A stretch of DNA of 64,000 nucleotides from the NCBI RefSeq assembly GCF_009914755.1, contig NC_060929.1. The stretch is one strand, 5' to 3'. This document shows positions 29,265-42,169 of the stretch, in pieces. Under the pieces are notes generated by a model. That model made no database searches, was not told the origin of the DNA, and saw only the letters and a list, made by a program, of their open reading frames with translations. The stretch is from the human T2T-CHM13v2.0 reference genome, Homo sapiens. Made by a program: the position numbers and the translations under genes. Each line of letters opens with the position of its first letter. The stretch's first letter is position 1.

Positions 29265-31301
29265 CCAGGCAACTACCTCCAAACCCTTTGTGGAATCATT
29301 CTTCTCTGCCTTGGATGAAATATGGGGCAGAATACAGAGTTTTCACTCTCAGGTACTAACAAATGGTCTCCATTTTTAGGTGTAAAAAGCCCGGACCCAT
29401 TACTTCCTACTGCAGCAGCTAGGCACAGCAGACCACATGGCAACATGGGCAAATCTTCACAGCAACACTCCACGAAAAACAAGAAATAAAATAAGCTAAT
29501 GCAGAGCTACTTACATTCATGGAAAATACACACACACTAAAACAATAATACAAAGTTTTCCAGAACACACTGGAACAAGAAATACATATGGAACCCATTA
29601 AAATGGTTTTCCATGGGGAAGAATTGGAGTAGGGAGTGGGAACAAAAATGCATAAATATATATAACAAAAAAAGCTTTTTCGCAAATTCATGATACTAGT
29701 GTGCCATGAACTGAGGTGTATAACTGACTCAGTCCTCTCTCCTGTCCACTCACTCCCTAAGAAATGTCTGCTCCAATCTGTATTGGAGGACCTTCCAGGT
29801 CTAGACCTACCAAAGAGAGAAACTGTGGGTGGGTGAGGCGGATGCAGTCAGCTTCCATAGTATTTCCCTCTGGCTGCTCTTCTCCTCTGCTACTCACAGT
29901 GATGCCTCTGGCTCCTCCAGGGCTCGAACAGTGAAGGGAGTTGGGTCAGAAAATATCTTATTCAGCTGGGTATAGTAACGGTGTCATCTAGCAATGGTGC
30001 CCTGTATGTAGTCAGTGTCCACATGCTGACTGGCGCCTTCTATTAAGAGAAGCTCTGTGTCCACTGGGAAACCTCTGCTCCCTTCAGGTCCCTCAATGTG
30101 GACAATTCCTCCTCCAGCTGGCTGCCCACTGCCTTCCTATCTTCTACCCCTTTACTGAAACCACGTCACCCCTGCAGGGCATCCTCTTTGGCATCTTTTC
30201 AAGATGATCCACATCTTGTTGCCTTCCATGAGGTCTAAATCTGGCTCAAAAGAAGCAACCATGATCGCTGACATCCCCTTCACTCCCATCCCACGTCATG
30301 AAAATCAGGCCACTCCTGGCCGTGCTTTTGGTCAGCTCTGTCACCAAATGTCATTCCAGGCAGTCTTTTGCCTATCAGTATTTTAAGGCTAAAATGCTAG
30401 TGCCCATGCTCCCCAAGCCCATAGCAAACCCTCAAGATCTCTAGCTGTCCCTTCACTTGCCTTGAGTTGGGGCACAGTAGGGGGGATGAATGCCCTGGCA
30501 CTCTCATCTGTCCTGAAGGAATTCTCTCTCTGAAATCTCTCCACTGGCCTTTAAGCCTCTCCTCACGTGCATACTAGGAGAGTGAAGGAATCAGAATCAC
30601 ACCATCACCCTGCAAGTCCCACACATATGGTCTGAAATTTCTCTTTAAGTGTATGTGGAAAATTAATCTTTTCTTTCTTCTCAGACTTAAGGTCTTGGCA
30701 GAAACTGAGACAAAAGAAAGAGTCCCATTTGAATACCCTGTTATACATGCAAGTTTCTGCATCTCCATCAAAACAGAAAAATAAGCATCTTTTCTAGCAG
30801 ATTATTTTTTCCAAAAGCCAGACTGACTGATTTAAAGGGAGCACGAACGAAAAGCAATCACATTTTAAAACATGAATTCTGAATAAAATGTTATACTCTT
30901 CCAAGTCAAATGAGCTATAACCTATTGAAAAACTCTGAAAAGAGTTGAAAATATCTTATTTGTTATACTTAGAAAACAACTATAATAAAATTTAGGTTGT
31001 CATGAAACAGAAACCAACAAGTGTGATTCTAAATCAATCTTACATTATTAAAAAGTTACTCTAAATTTTTGTGTGAGTTGATATATCAAAATAATTGTGG
31101 TAATTTTTCAGAAATATGGAAACAATAGGATATAATAAAGGGGCAATAAATGTATAATTGCATCTCTACTATAATTGCAATTGTGAGATATATTAATATA
31201 TATGCATATGAACAAAGCCTTTGAAATAATGGGTAAGAGTACATATTTTTATGATGATGAGATTTGGGGTGTGGTTTTTCCTTTTAAAATTTGTAGTTCC
31301 T

Positions 31302-31409
31302 CCGGGAGGCCGAGTTTACGGTGAGCCGAGATCGTGCCACTGCACTCCAGCCTGGGCAACAGAGTAAGACTCCGTCTCAAAATAAAAAATAAAAAATAAT
31401 AAAAAAAAA
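31302..31409 (+). mobile_element. Severely 5'-truncated Alu (end of right arm)
   Basis: ccgggaggc...gactccgtctc plus A tail; TSD core ttgtagttcct at 31291-31301 and 31410-31420. Confidence 0.92.
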
Positions 31410-33666
31410 TTGTAGTTCCTGTGTTGCTTTTCCCAATTAAAAATAAATAGGTAAGAAGGATTGAATGGGAGAGTGCTGTGCTGGCTTATGACAGAACTAT
31501 AGAGAATATCCAGTAGACAAGATAAGTAAGGCATGCCAGTGCCCCATGATACAAGGCAGTCTGACAATGATCACTCCCGATGCCCTGCTCACTGTGCCCA
31601 TTACAGCTGGCTGCATCCTGAGGGAAGAATTCACCTTGGAAGAGGCATCCCTTGACTGAGACTGCTGGAGATGGGGAGGGGGCAGCTAGAGTAGAGCTCG
31701 AGGTCTTCTCAGGCAATAGGAAAGCAAAATGAGTTTGGAGTGACAGATCAACAGGAGTGTTAGCAGGAGGCAAGGATGTGAGAAAAAGCAGGCCAGGGTG
31801 GAGGCAGCCTTAAATGGCAGGCTTGGTATTCTGCCATCCAGGCCATCCAGCAGAGAAGCAATAGTCCCAGATCTGAGTTAGAAGAACTGCAACGGGAAGA
31901 GTGTGGCGGAAGCAAACTTAATCTAGGAGTTATCTCAATTTATCCAGAAAATAACAATTTTTCTCATAAATTTTCTGACTTAAAATATCCCTTATAGAAA
32001 CTGCCTCTGAAGATACATCTCACAGATTTAAACATGATTTTTGAAAGTATAAAGTGAAAGACTAAAGTTTGCCTATGCCCTAGCACCTATTGCCCAATAA
32101 ATAAAAGAGCAAACAAATTTATAAATTTTGACCCAGTTGCTTTTGATCTAATGAATTTTTAAGAGAGCCAATTTAAGTTGGCTGTAGAATAATATGATAA
32201 TAATTATAGTAAGTGTTTCATGAGCACTTGCTATGAGCCAGCTACCATAAGTCTTTCCTCCTTCAATACTCACAACAACCCTGTGATAGAGATTCAGTTG
32301 TTATCCCCATTTCATAGATAAGGAAACCGAATGTAGGAAGTCACTATGCCACGTTATATAACATTCCTTGGATTGAAACGCTGTGCCTCCTATTTCAAAA
32401 CCATGCTCTAGCCACCACACTTCATTAGTAAATAAAGAAAAGCAGCTGCTCTTGGCAAAGAGTATAGCAGGGTTAGAGGTGATAACACTGCTCCCAGGGA
32501 CGGTGATCTGACCAGACAAGAAGTGCTTCACCTCTTTACACCTCAATTTGCTTAGCAATCAATGGACTTAGTAATTGCCTCTTTGTTGGGCAAAGTGATG
32601 AGGGATAAGATCGGTTTTCCCTCCTGATCTAATTGCATAGGAGGCAGCTAAGCCATGGCAGCCCATAGGTGTGGATGGAAATCGGGGGTCACTTACAAAG
32701 TGTGGTTTGTGTTGGTGACCCAAGCTCAGCTACCTCAACTATACAATGGGCATAATAATAATAGCATCTACCTCCTAGGCTGGGAGTGAGGCTCCAATGT
32801 ATTAATATATTTAATAGATTTAAAATTGTGCTTGACAAATAACATTCATTAGCTAAACATTAGCATTGTTGGTTTTAAAGGTAGGAACTTGGCTACCCGG
32901 GATCACTGTGGACATAAACATGTGTAACCTCCAAGCAGAGACAGGAGAGAAGCCCACACTCACCATAGCCTCCTCTCCGCAAGCTAAGATTAGTTTGGCA
33001 GATTTGTTAGCTATAATCTTGGCCAATGAAAGCAGAACTCAGAGGAGATATGACAGCGATGGAGAAATAGGTGTCAAGAAATAATAATAGCTCCTAATTT
33101 TTATCATTTCTATGGTCAAGTACTACATTAAGAGTATGCCGGCTTGGTCTTATCTAATCCTCACAGTTCTCTGAGTAAGCATTATTAACTGTATCCCTCA
33201 TCTGGGACTATACTTCCATCTCCGTAAAGTGACAACAGTGAGGGATGAGGATTTTTTCCTGGGCAATCGGATCCCAGAGCACACACTCCTAAGCTCTGCC
33301 CTCACTGTGTGCATCTCCAGGGTCTGTCACCTAGCACAGATGTCAAGGCGGGTTGTCAATAAGGTGTGGGGTTGGGAGGGCCAGAGGCTGAGATACATGA
33401 AAATTACATCACAGTTTATACAAGGGTTTGTAGAAATATTATAAGCTCCAAATACTTTGATTTGCCTTGTTTAAAATTATATTTAAGGCCTCAGTCCACA
33501 AGTTTCAATGGTACTTCATGAGAAATTCAAGTAAAGGCTACTGGCACAAGCACTTTTGAAAACACAAAACAAGGCATCTTTTTCCCTCAGCTTAGAAAGG
33601 ACAGAGGTAAGAGAATATTTACCTACTAGTTGTATACAGTTTAGGCTCAGTCTATAGTAGTTATTC

Positions 33667-33953
33667 TTTTTTTTTTTTTGAGACAGAGTCCTGCTCTGTT
33701 GCCCAGGCTGGCATGATCTTGGCGGCCCACTGCAACCTCTGCCTCCAGGGTTAAAGAGATTTTCCTGCCTCAGCCTCCTCAGTAGTTGGGACTACAGGCA
33801 TGCACCACCACGCCCGGCTGATTTTTGTATTTTTAGTAGAGATGGGGTTTCACTGTGTTGGCCACGCTGGTCTCGAATTCCTGACCTCAGGTTATCCACG
33901 CACCTCGGCCTCCCAAAGTGCTGGGATTACAGGCATGAGCCACCACGCCGGCC
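33667..33953 (-). mobile_element. AluSx-like inserted in the U6 retrocopy tail
   Basis: Dimeric Alu; tattctttt present on both sides. Confidence 0.92.
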
Positions 33954-33971
33954 TATTCTTTTTTCTTTTTA

Positions 33972-34072
33972 ATGGAACGCTTCACAGATTTGCATGTCAT
34001 CCTTGAGCAGGGGCCACGCTAATCTTCTCTGTATCGGTCCAATATTAGTATATGTGCTTCCAAAGCGAGCAT
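33972..34072 (-). pseudogene. U6 snRNA retropseudogene
   Basis: Reverse complement tgctcgctttggaagcacatatactaatattggaccgatacagagaagattagcgtggcccctgctcaaggatgacatgcaaatctgtgaagcgttcca matches U6 with scattered substitutions; A-rich tail and degenerate TSD. Confidence 0.95.
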
Positions 34073-35074
34073 TATCTGTACTTATTCTTTATATTTATTT
34101 CTATCTTAGAGACAATTGAATTTCTCAGATCCCTTTCTAAAAAACAAGATTATGAAATTCCTGTAATAGAGGTTTATTTTCATAATTATCTTCCATGTAA
34201 GATAACTGTAACCTTGCAACGCTATTTTTATTATAGAAATTTACACATGTTGGAATGTTGTGAAGAACTGTGTTGGGCTCCTCAAAATTGTAAAGTATGC
34301 CACAGAAGGTTGGATTTGCTCATAAACTTTATGATAACTAATGTGCTAACTGTATAGATTATTATAATCAACACAAAATATCAAATCTGTGAACTCTCTT
34401 TTTACATTAAGAAAATAGCTGAAATCCTTTCCTCCTTGCAGAATTTTTTTAATAGAATACATAAATAATTAAAACTCTTATCTGAAAACACTGCAACATT
34501 CCCTCTGTTTCTTGCACAAGCCTGGAGTTCATCTCTAATATGGAATAAAGTGACTGTCCTGTTGATTTCACAGAGATGTCAGGAGCAAAAGAGGTCATGG
34601 AACAGACTGGCGCTTTGTAAACAGCATAGGGGTAAACAAACCTAAGGGGATATGATTGGCTGTAGAAGACACGCAGCATGTTGTGTGCAAGATTAATATT
34701 TCCCGTTGTTCTGATACTTGGTTGTGAACCAAGAAATCCTGTGTAAGTCACAGCACATTCCTATATCACAACTGAGCAATGTGGAAAGAATACTGGGCAG
34801 TTAGTCAAATAGCCTGTTTCTATGTTTCTAGTCCCAGAAAGGACTGGATTTATCTCCATACTCCTTCCAACGACTAAAATCCTGACTTAGCCCAACTCTT
34901 AGAACTAGAAGGAACCTAAAAGGTAATGTAGTGTCTGAATCTGTCTCCAAATGTGGAACCCTGTGCAATTCCCTTTACCCTCCTCGTGAAGGGGCATTTA
35001 TTAGGTGCTCAATCATATATGTTGACTAACTGATGCCCTAGACCTCCCATTCCTTATCCATAAAAGTAAAAATG

Positions 35075-35221
35075 GGGGCGAGGCATGATGGCTCATTCCT
35101 GTAATCGCAGCATTTGGGGAGGCTGAAGTGGGAGAATTGCTTAAGGCCAGGAGTTCAAGATCAGTCTGGACAACATAGCTAGACCTCATCTCTATTAAAA
35201 AAAAAATTAAATATTTCAAAA
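35075..35221 (+). mobile_element. FLAM/AluJ left monomer
   Basis: Single monomer with A tail; TSD-like taaaaatggg/taagaatggg. Confidence 0.82.
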
Positions 35222-35580
35222 ATAAGAATGGGTGAGATGATCCTGAAGTAATTTGCAAGTTTAAACGTTCAGGATTTGAATGCATTCAAAAATGCTATCA
35301 AAGTGGAAATGGAAGTCTAAGGAGATTGGTTATTTGTGAGGCTGTAGGTAGGTCATTTGGAGGGAAAAACCCAGGCCATCCTAATCCCAGATAGCCTTAG
35401 AATTTCATTCTCTACTGGTTTGCCCTCATCCATCCCTTCCTCCCTCTTTGTGACTTTCCTTCTTAATTCTAAATGTAAGTCTGCTTAGAAATTTCTCCTT
35501 TGCACCAAATGTGGATTATTTGTAAATCCACTAGGGAATTGATTGTGGTTGGTGAAATGCTTTTAAAAACTGAAATTATT

Positions 35581-35959
<379 letters not shown>

Positions 35960-36591
35960 TCAGCACATAGCTCTAGATAGAGGTGACTAGGGAAAATAAT
36001 CATATCTCACTTTCCAGAGAGCAAAAACCATGGCCCCGTGGTGTCTGCTTCACACCAAGCTGAATTCCCTTACAAAGAAGATGTGGAGCAGAGCTGAAAA
36101 CCAACCCAGGAGAATGTGTGTCTTTGAACGAAATCATCTCCAAATGCCCTGGGAAGTGCTTGCAGGCTTTGTTTGTGCTGCCCCAGAAGGGAGACTTTTC
36201 ACAAAGGAACTGTTTTTCAAAGAACAACAAGCCCTGCTATTTTAAACTTGGGGGTGGGAGATTGTATCTGGACCGTTTACACAAGTGAGTGCTGGCTGAC
36301 TGACATCTAACCCCAGTGTTTGCTGGCTCCAGCTTTCCAAGTAAAGCAAAGAGAGGGACTTGCTTCTGATACGTCTTGAAGCCACAGCAGATGAGTTGTC
36401 CAGCAATATTTGAATTTTACAACATGAGCAGAAAACCCTGCTTAGAAATCCTAAACAAGGACAGGCTGGTGATGTTTATCACCCGAGTGGCCTTGGGAAT
36501 TAAAGGGATGTCAGAAAGTCATGGAGGACACTTCCCGAGGCTTCAGCACAGTCAGCAAACACAGGACTTAGTGCATGCTAACCCAGTGCTC

Positions 36592-36644
36592 TGTGTGCGT
36601 GTGCATGCGTGTGGGTGCATATGCGTGTGTGTGTGCGTGTGTGT
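36592..36644. repeat. Alternating purine-pyrimidine (TG/CG/CA) tract
   Basis: tgtgtgcgtgtgcatgcgtgtgggtgcatatgcgtgtgtgtgtgcgtgtgtgt. Confidence 0.85.
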
Positions 36645-37639
36645 CCCTATTATTGCTACAGGACAGTGCTGCATGATTCTAAGAGTCAGACTACCTGAGC
36701 TGAAAACTCTGCTCTACATTAGCTGGCCTCATAAGCTCTCCAAGCTGCAGCATCCTCATCTGTACAGCAGGGACAGCAACACTGGTACCTGCACCCTGGA
36801 AGGCTATTGCCAGTGATCGGATGGGCTGACACAGAGTGCCACGCGGGCCATTGCTGCTGCTAGGACTGTTTACCCCCAGAGGTACAATGAACCCCCCACC
36901 AAACATGAAGGTGCCTCTGACCCTTCCAAGTCCAATAAACTGCTGACTGTTAGGCTTAAAAGAATAAAACAACAACAACAAATTGTCCACCAGAACGCTT
37001 CCAATGCTTCCTACAATAACATGAGTTCAGAAATTCATAAAGAGAAGCAGCCAGCTGTGGTCAGTGAGACAGGACAGGAAAAAGTGAGCCCTTATGGAGG
37101 TATAGTTCCCCCAAAAGGACTATTCTTTCAAAAATACAACCCTAAATCTTTCCAGGAAACCAAAACACAGCCAAGCCTGCTCAGTAGGGGGGAAGAATCA
37201 CATTTCCCCTTTCCTGACCAGAGGTTTAAAACTAACTAGAAACACTGCAATGACGGCCAGTAGCCAGTTAGCACTTAAAAAAAAAATTTTCCATGTTTAG
37301 AGTCTGAAAAATAGGGGATCAAAACAGTACAGCATTCAAAGAGGAGACAAAAGAGAAAAAGTTACCAGCTACCTCTTGGGTCTTTCAAAGACTGCAGTGT
37401 CATCCCTGTAAAAGAGTGAGGTACTCACCTTTCTATAAGAATGAAGGACTCATCACCTTAAGCACTGAATTCTGAGAAAGCCTAGGCTCCTGAGGTCCCA
37501 GCCCAGATTTCCTTACAACGCAGCCAAATGGCTTTTCAGAGTTCAGTTCTGCCGGGTGGGGGAAGGGAAAGGGGAGCAACAAAATTCCCGCAAGTCTTAC
37601 CACCACTGTTTTAAAAAGAAATAAAGAAGAGTCACTAAC

Positions 37640-37766
37640 CTTGCCTCCTGTCCGGGAAGCGAACCGGGCCTGGCTGAGGCTGTCTCCCATAGCAAAGCGC
37701 CCCAAAGTTAAGGAGCTGAGCCACCACGGAAAGGTTTGCAAGCCAGCTCCTCTGGGCACATGGCAT
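37640..37766 (-). CDS. ADAMTS12: ADAMTS12 coding exon 1 (signal peptide and start of prodomain)
   Basis: Reverse complement translates to [42 protein letters not shown] plus 1 nt (127 nt), followed by donor G|GTTAGT at 37639. Matches the recalled ADAMTS12 N-terminus and joins exon 2 in frame (G+AG=Glu43). Confidence 0.97.
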
Positions 37767-37810
37767 GATTCAGATGTTGAGGAGAAGAAAAGTCAAAAAA
37801 GTTTTAGCCC

Positions 37811-37867
37811 TCAGCTCCAGAAATAAAGCGCTCGCCTGTGGCCCAGCAGGAAGATGCAGGGGTGCAT
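37811..37867 (-). other. Upstream ORF in the ADAMTS12 leader, MHPCIFLLGHRRALYFWS*
   Basis: accATGc at 37867 to TGA at 37813-37811; out of frame with the main ATG and ending 44 nt before it. Translation not shown. Confidence 0.6.
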
Positions 37868-37919
37868 GGTCAGGCGCGAGAAGGCAGCGACTGCAAAGCT
37901 GCCCGCGATCTCCCTGTGC

Positions 37920-37927
37920 TTTTTTAA
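37920..37927 (-). promoter_or_regulatory. TATA-like element (TTAAAAAA); predicted TSS ~37892-37900
   Basis: Isolated AT run in GC-rich DNA, about 27-35 nt upstream of CA initiator-like sites on the minus strand. Inference only. Confidence 0.5.
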
Positions 37928-39082
37928 GCAGAAAGGAGCTAGACACCTTTTTCCCCTCCCTCCTCCTAAAAGGGGAGTGATTCAGCTGACAGTGTCCGCT
38001 TTCGGCGGGGTGTGGAATGGGCCAGAGCGGGAGGGCGCAGCCCACCCCGGTCCCCACCCCTCCGCCTCCCGCATGCCCCGCGGCCTCGCAGCCCGCCCGC
38101 TCGGTGCATCTTCCTCCCGGACTCCCACCCCCGCGCTCCTCCGGCCCCGCCCCGAACGCCAGGCCCAGCTGGCCGAGCCGGCCAAATAGGGGAGACCCGG
38201 GAGAGCCGCCCTGGGAGGCACTGGAGGAAGCTGCGAGTGAGAGGCCCCCAGGCCAGCCCCCCGGCGTGCTTAAATACAAGCTCAAAATGAGGAGAACAGA
38301 GTTGAGGCAGAGGGGGGCCCCACTCCCTCCATCCTTCCGCGCTCAGCGCTGCCCCCTCCCCTGCTGTTCTCCTCCAAGTTCCTGAACTTTTCCCAACATC
38401 GCTCTATCAAGACTCCTCACCCACTCGGACCGCTCTGGGATTCTCTTCCACTGGAAAAACTAATAGGCGATTTTTCTCTTTGCCAAGTCACACAAAGGGA
38501 AATGGGCTGCGCTAATCTGCTAATGTGACCTCAGACAAGCCCCCTCAGCTGTGCAATGAGGTGACTGCTGCAAATGCCTGTGGGCCCCTCTGAGTCTGCA
38601 GATCTCTGTGCGGCTCTTCTGATTCTAGAACCCCATCTTTCCTAGCCCACCTCCATTCACTCAAAAGGAAACCAGGAATTAAGTCAACCCAGGAAGGTGT
38701 TAAGGTATCTCCCCAGTTTCCCTGAACTGGCTACCCTGGAGAGGGCGTCCATTCATTCAGAGGCTCAAGCTTTTACATCGGTCAGAGAATGCCACAATCC
38801 AGGACGCTTGCCAGGCATCTTGAGAATTTACTGGGCTAATCCAGCCAAGATTTTTCACCTCTGAGCTGAAACAGGCCTCCTTACTCCATTCAGGAAGAAT
38901 TCGGCCCCCAATATTGACTTTTCCCTGGCTGCCAGCCAACCACATGTGTTAATCAAGAGTTCTGGGATACCAGCTTACTCAACCTTGTATAGGGACAGAG
39001 CCTCCAAGGCAAACTCAGTGGTCTGAAAGCAAGGTGGTCCTCTCAGATGTGGAACACATGGGCACCAAGACTTTGAGAGGTA

Positions 39083-39500
39083 TATGCTAGTTTCCTATTT
39101 TTGGTGTTACAAGTTACCATAAATTCAGTGGCTTGAAACAACTCAAATTTCTTATGTGACAGTTCTGATCTGAAACTGGTCTCACTGGGCTAAAATCAAG
39201 GAGTTAGCACAGCTGCATTCATTTCTGAAGACTCTAGGGGAGAATCTGTTGTCTTGCCTTTTCCAACTTCTAGAGGCTGCCTGAATTCCTCAGCTCATGG
39301 CCCTCTTCCCCCATCAAAGCTAGCAATGGCCCTTTGAGTCTTTCTCACATCACATCACTCTTCTTCCTCCCTTTTCCACTTATAAGGACCCTTGCGATTA
39401 CATTAGACTCATCCTGGTTAACCAGGACACTCTCCTAATCAGCTGATTAGCAACCTTAATTCCATCTGCAACCTTAAATCCCCTTTACGTGTAACAGAAC
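39083..39500 (-). mobile_element. MLT1C/D-like LTR
   Basis: gtggcttgaaacaac, ctcactgggctaaaatcaagg, ctctaggggagaatctgtt, ttataaggacccttgcgattacatt. Confidence 0.75.
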
Positions 39501-40749
39501 ATGTTTTGTTGTCACAAGCAAGTAAAAGAACTACTCTGAGCCTTTTTTCTGTTACGTAAACATTAGGAAGCAGGATCACAACTGGAGTTAAAAGACATTC
39601 AGATAACACAGGCATGATGACCTGCATTTGCAAGGGCATTGAAGAACAACTTTGGGCTAGAATTCTTTTTGCTTCTTTTCTTTTCTTCCTCTTCCCCTTC
39701 TTCTTTGCTTCCCTTCACCCTTTCCTTGTTTCTCTCTCCTCCTTGTACTCTTCTGTTACTCTTCTTCTTCCACCTTTTTTTCTCCTGCTGCTCCTTTTAA
39801 TAGCAAGCAAGATCTTGTCCAAAGGGCAAGATCACTCCTAGCTCCCAGGTCCTGGAGAAGAGATTTGTCTCTCAGGCAGAAACCTGAAGAACTCTGGAGA
39901 ACTGCTGAGTTCCACCAATATCAGGGATGATACACTGAACACTCTGGCTTCACAGTTTAGCCTCTTCAACTCTAATGGCATTTCCCTTATTCTTTCTCCC
40001 ATCTACTCTCAAGACCATAACCAGGAATATCTATTATCCATAAGTCAACCAAGACTGAAATATTAAAATTATAAAATCCCACCAACACTTTGTATTCTGC
40101 CAGCCCTTCCAAACCTTTATACCCAGTACCTCGGATCTTCAGCCTAGTAGGAACTTCTAGTTCCTTGATCTCCCCATCTTTGGTTTTCTAATAATCAGCA
40201 TCTCTCTGGACTCACCACCTTTTTTGCCCAGTCATACCCTTTGATCCACCTCCTTAAACCAGTACATTCAACATCTCATATCTTCCTCATCAAAATCTAA
40301 CTCTGTTTTACCCTAGCTGCTGATTTTCTCTGCTCTCTGTTTCCAAGTGCTGTTGAAAAAACTCACATAATTGCATCTAATTGTGCAACTATCAATTCAT
40401 GTCTCCAACTTTAGCACGTTCTCAACATGACTTAGCACAAATATACATTCTGCTACTATTCTAACGTTCCTCCTACTCTTTCCAGAATTTACAAAAATCT
40501 CTCCAAAGCTTGGAGTTACCTCAGCGTAGAGAGACTTAATCCTCCTCAACTTTGCTTCTGCTTAATGAAAAAAGGTAACAAATCCCCTTGGTGACCAAGG
40601 TTGGTAGCAATAAAAAAGCCAACTACCTCTCCTGCCCACTGTAGATAGCAGAACTGTGAATCACTGCATAGTATCCAAACTACCTCTGAGCTTATACAAA
40701 CATGCTGCCCTTGAGGAAACACTACAAAACCATGCAAGATTCCAGAGTT

Positions 40750-41045
40750 GAATGATAACTAAGAATAGCAAGCATTTATTACATGCTGACTATATGCTTG
40801 GCTCTGTGCTAAAGACTATATGGGTATTGCTTTACTTAAACTTCATAAAAAACTTATTATGTGGGTACCATTAGTATCTTCATTTTATAGATGAGGAAAC
40901 AGACACTGAAAGGTTAAGTAACTTGCCTAGGATTAAGTGGCTGTGAAAGTAAAATCAGGATGAAGCACTAAAGTTCAGAGAAGTTAAAAGATGTAGCAAA
41001 ACCACTAAGTCAATTCAAATATAGGTCTGTTTTACTTCAGGCCCC
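40750..41045 (-). mobile_element. MIR
   Basis: cattttatagatgaggaaacagacactgaaaggttaagtaacttgcc core. Confidence 0.7.
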
Positions 41046-42169
41046 TAGTAATGTCCTCATCCACAAAGAGTGAAGAGGATTAGAACACTGACATATAGAC
41101 ATCATCAGAATGCCTTGGGTGGTAGTTTAGTTCATTATAGTATTTTTCCATGTAAAAATGCAATTTGTGACCCAAGATCTAAGATACCTCACAAAGAGCT
41201 CCCTCTGTTTCATTAGCAAATAAGGCATAAAAAATGTTCATACTTTCCTAATAAACCGTTAGGATCACAAGGGATGGCTGAAGTTCAAGGAAAATTAGCT
41301 TAATGCATCTTTCGGAGCTGTCATTAGCATTGGAAAGACAAAAAATAAATTGACAGTGGCCCAAAAAACCCTGAGTTGGACCTAAGAATCACAAATGAAT
41401 ATGCCACAAAAAGAGACTTTACATCTGTTAATTCTGCCTAAACACCACAATCATCATCTCACAGCAATAATCATTGTGTTGAACATTACAGTTTTTAAGG
41501 TGTTTCTCCCAAGCAGGTCAAAGGGTAGAAGGGAGAAAAATCTTCATCTGACGTTTTCAAGAGTAGTTAGACCTTAATTCCACCTGAAACTCAAAAAGTA
41601 GTGACTTCAAACATCATATTTAAATACTGTTGCCACATGTATTATTTTCTTTTAAATCTTTCTGCAACCAGATCTCACAAGAATTCTCTCAAGTTACTGA
41701 GACCACGAAAGTCTCTTTTTTTTAACTCCACTTCCAACTTTGCTGTAAGTTTGAGATTGCCTCTAAATTTTATTAAACTATCAAATGTCTTAGTCTGTTC
41801 TCATTCTTTATAACAATTGAAAGCTTGGTAGAGATGCTGTAGAATTTTTTGGAAATTAGGGAGGCCTATAATGACACATTTATCTATTATATTCTGGAAC
41901 TTAGCCAACTAAATGCCAATGTATGGTAGTTTTTGGTGCAACTGGGCAAAAGTGTCCAAGCTGATAGCTGTGGCTCTTACCATTATCATACTGGTGTTAT
42001 ATTGGTCCTGAACCACATGGACACTATCCCTTTTCTTTCATTCAACCTTAAAGATTAAATCTGAGTTGAAGAATAGCGTGCCCATTTTTTCCCATAGACA
42101 GGAAGAAATTAAGGATGAAATGTATCAGGGACAATTTCAGTACTACCCATTTAGCAAAAAGAAAATACT

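Larger units (their letters stand above)
37767..38370 (-). promoter_or_regulatory. ADAMTS12: ADAMTS12 5'UTR and GC/CpG-rich promoter
   Basis: Sharp rise in GC and CpG content directly upstream of the ATG; GC box ggccccgcccc at ~38143-38153; C-tracts at 38041-38070. Confidence 0.85.

Noticed and set aside
33667-34072. Functional U6 gene or single-step U6-Alu chimera
   Set aside because: Substitutions, A tail and TSD mark a retrocopy; the Alu has its own TSD, indicating later insertion.
38182-38191. CArG/SRF box (ccaaataggg)
   Set aside because: Does not fit CC(A/T)6GG; single imperfect motif with no support.
37770-38385. 111-171 aa ORFs over the promoter
   Set aside because: Low-complexity G/P/A/R frames expected from stop-poor GC-rich DNA; no recognisable domain.
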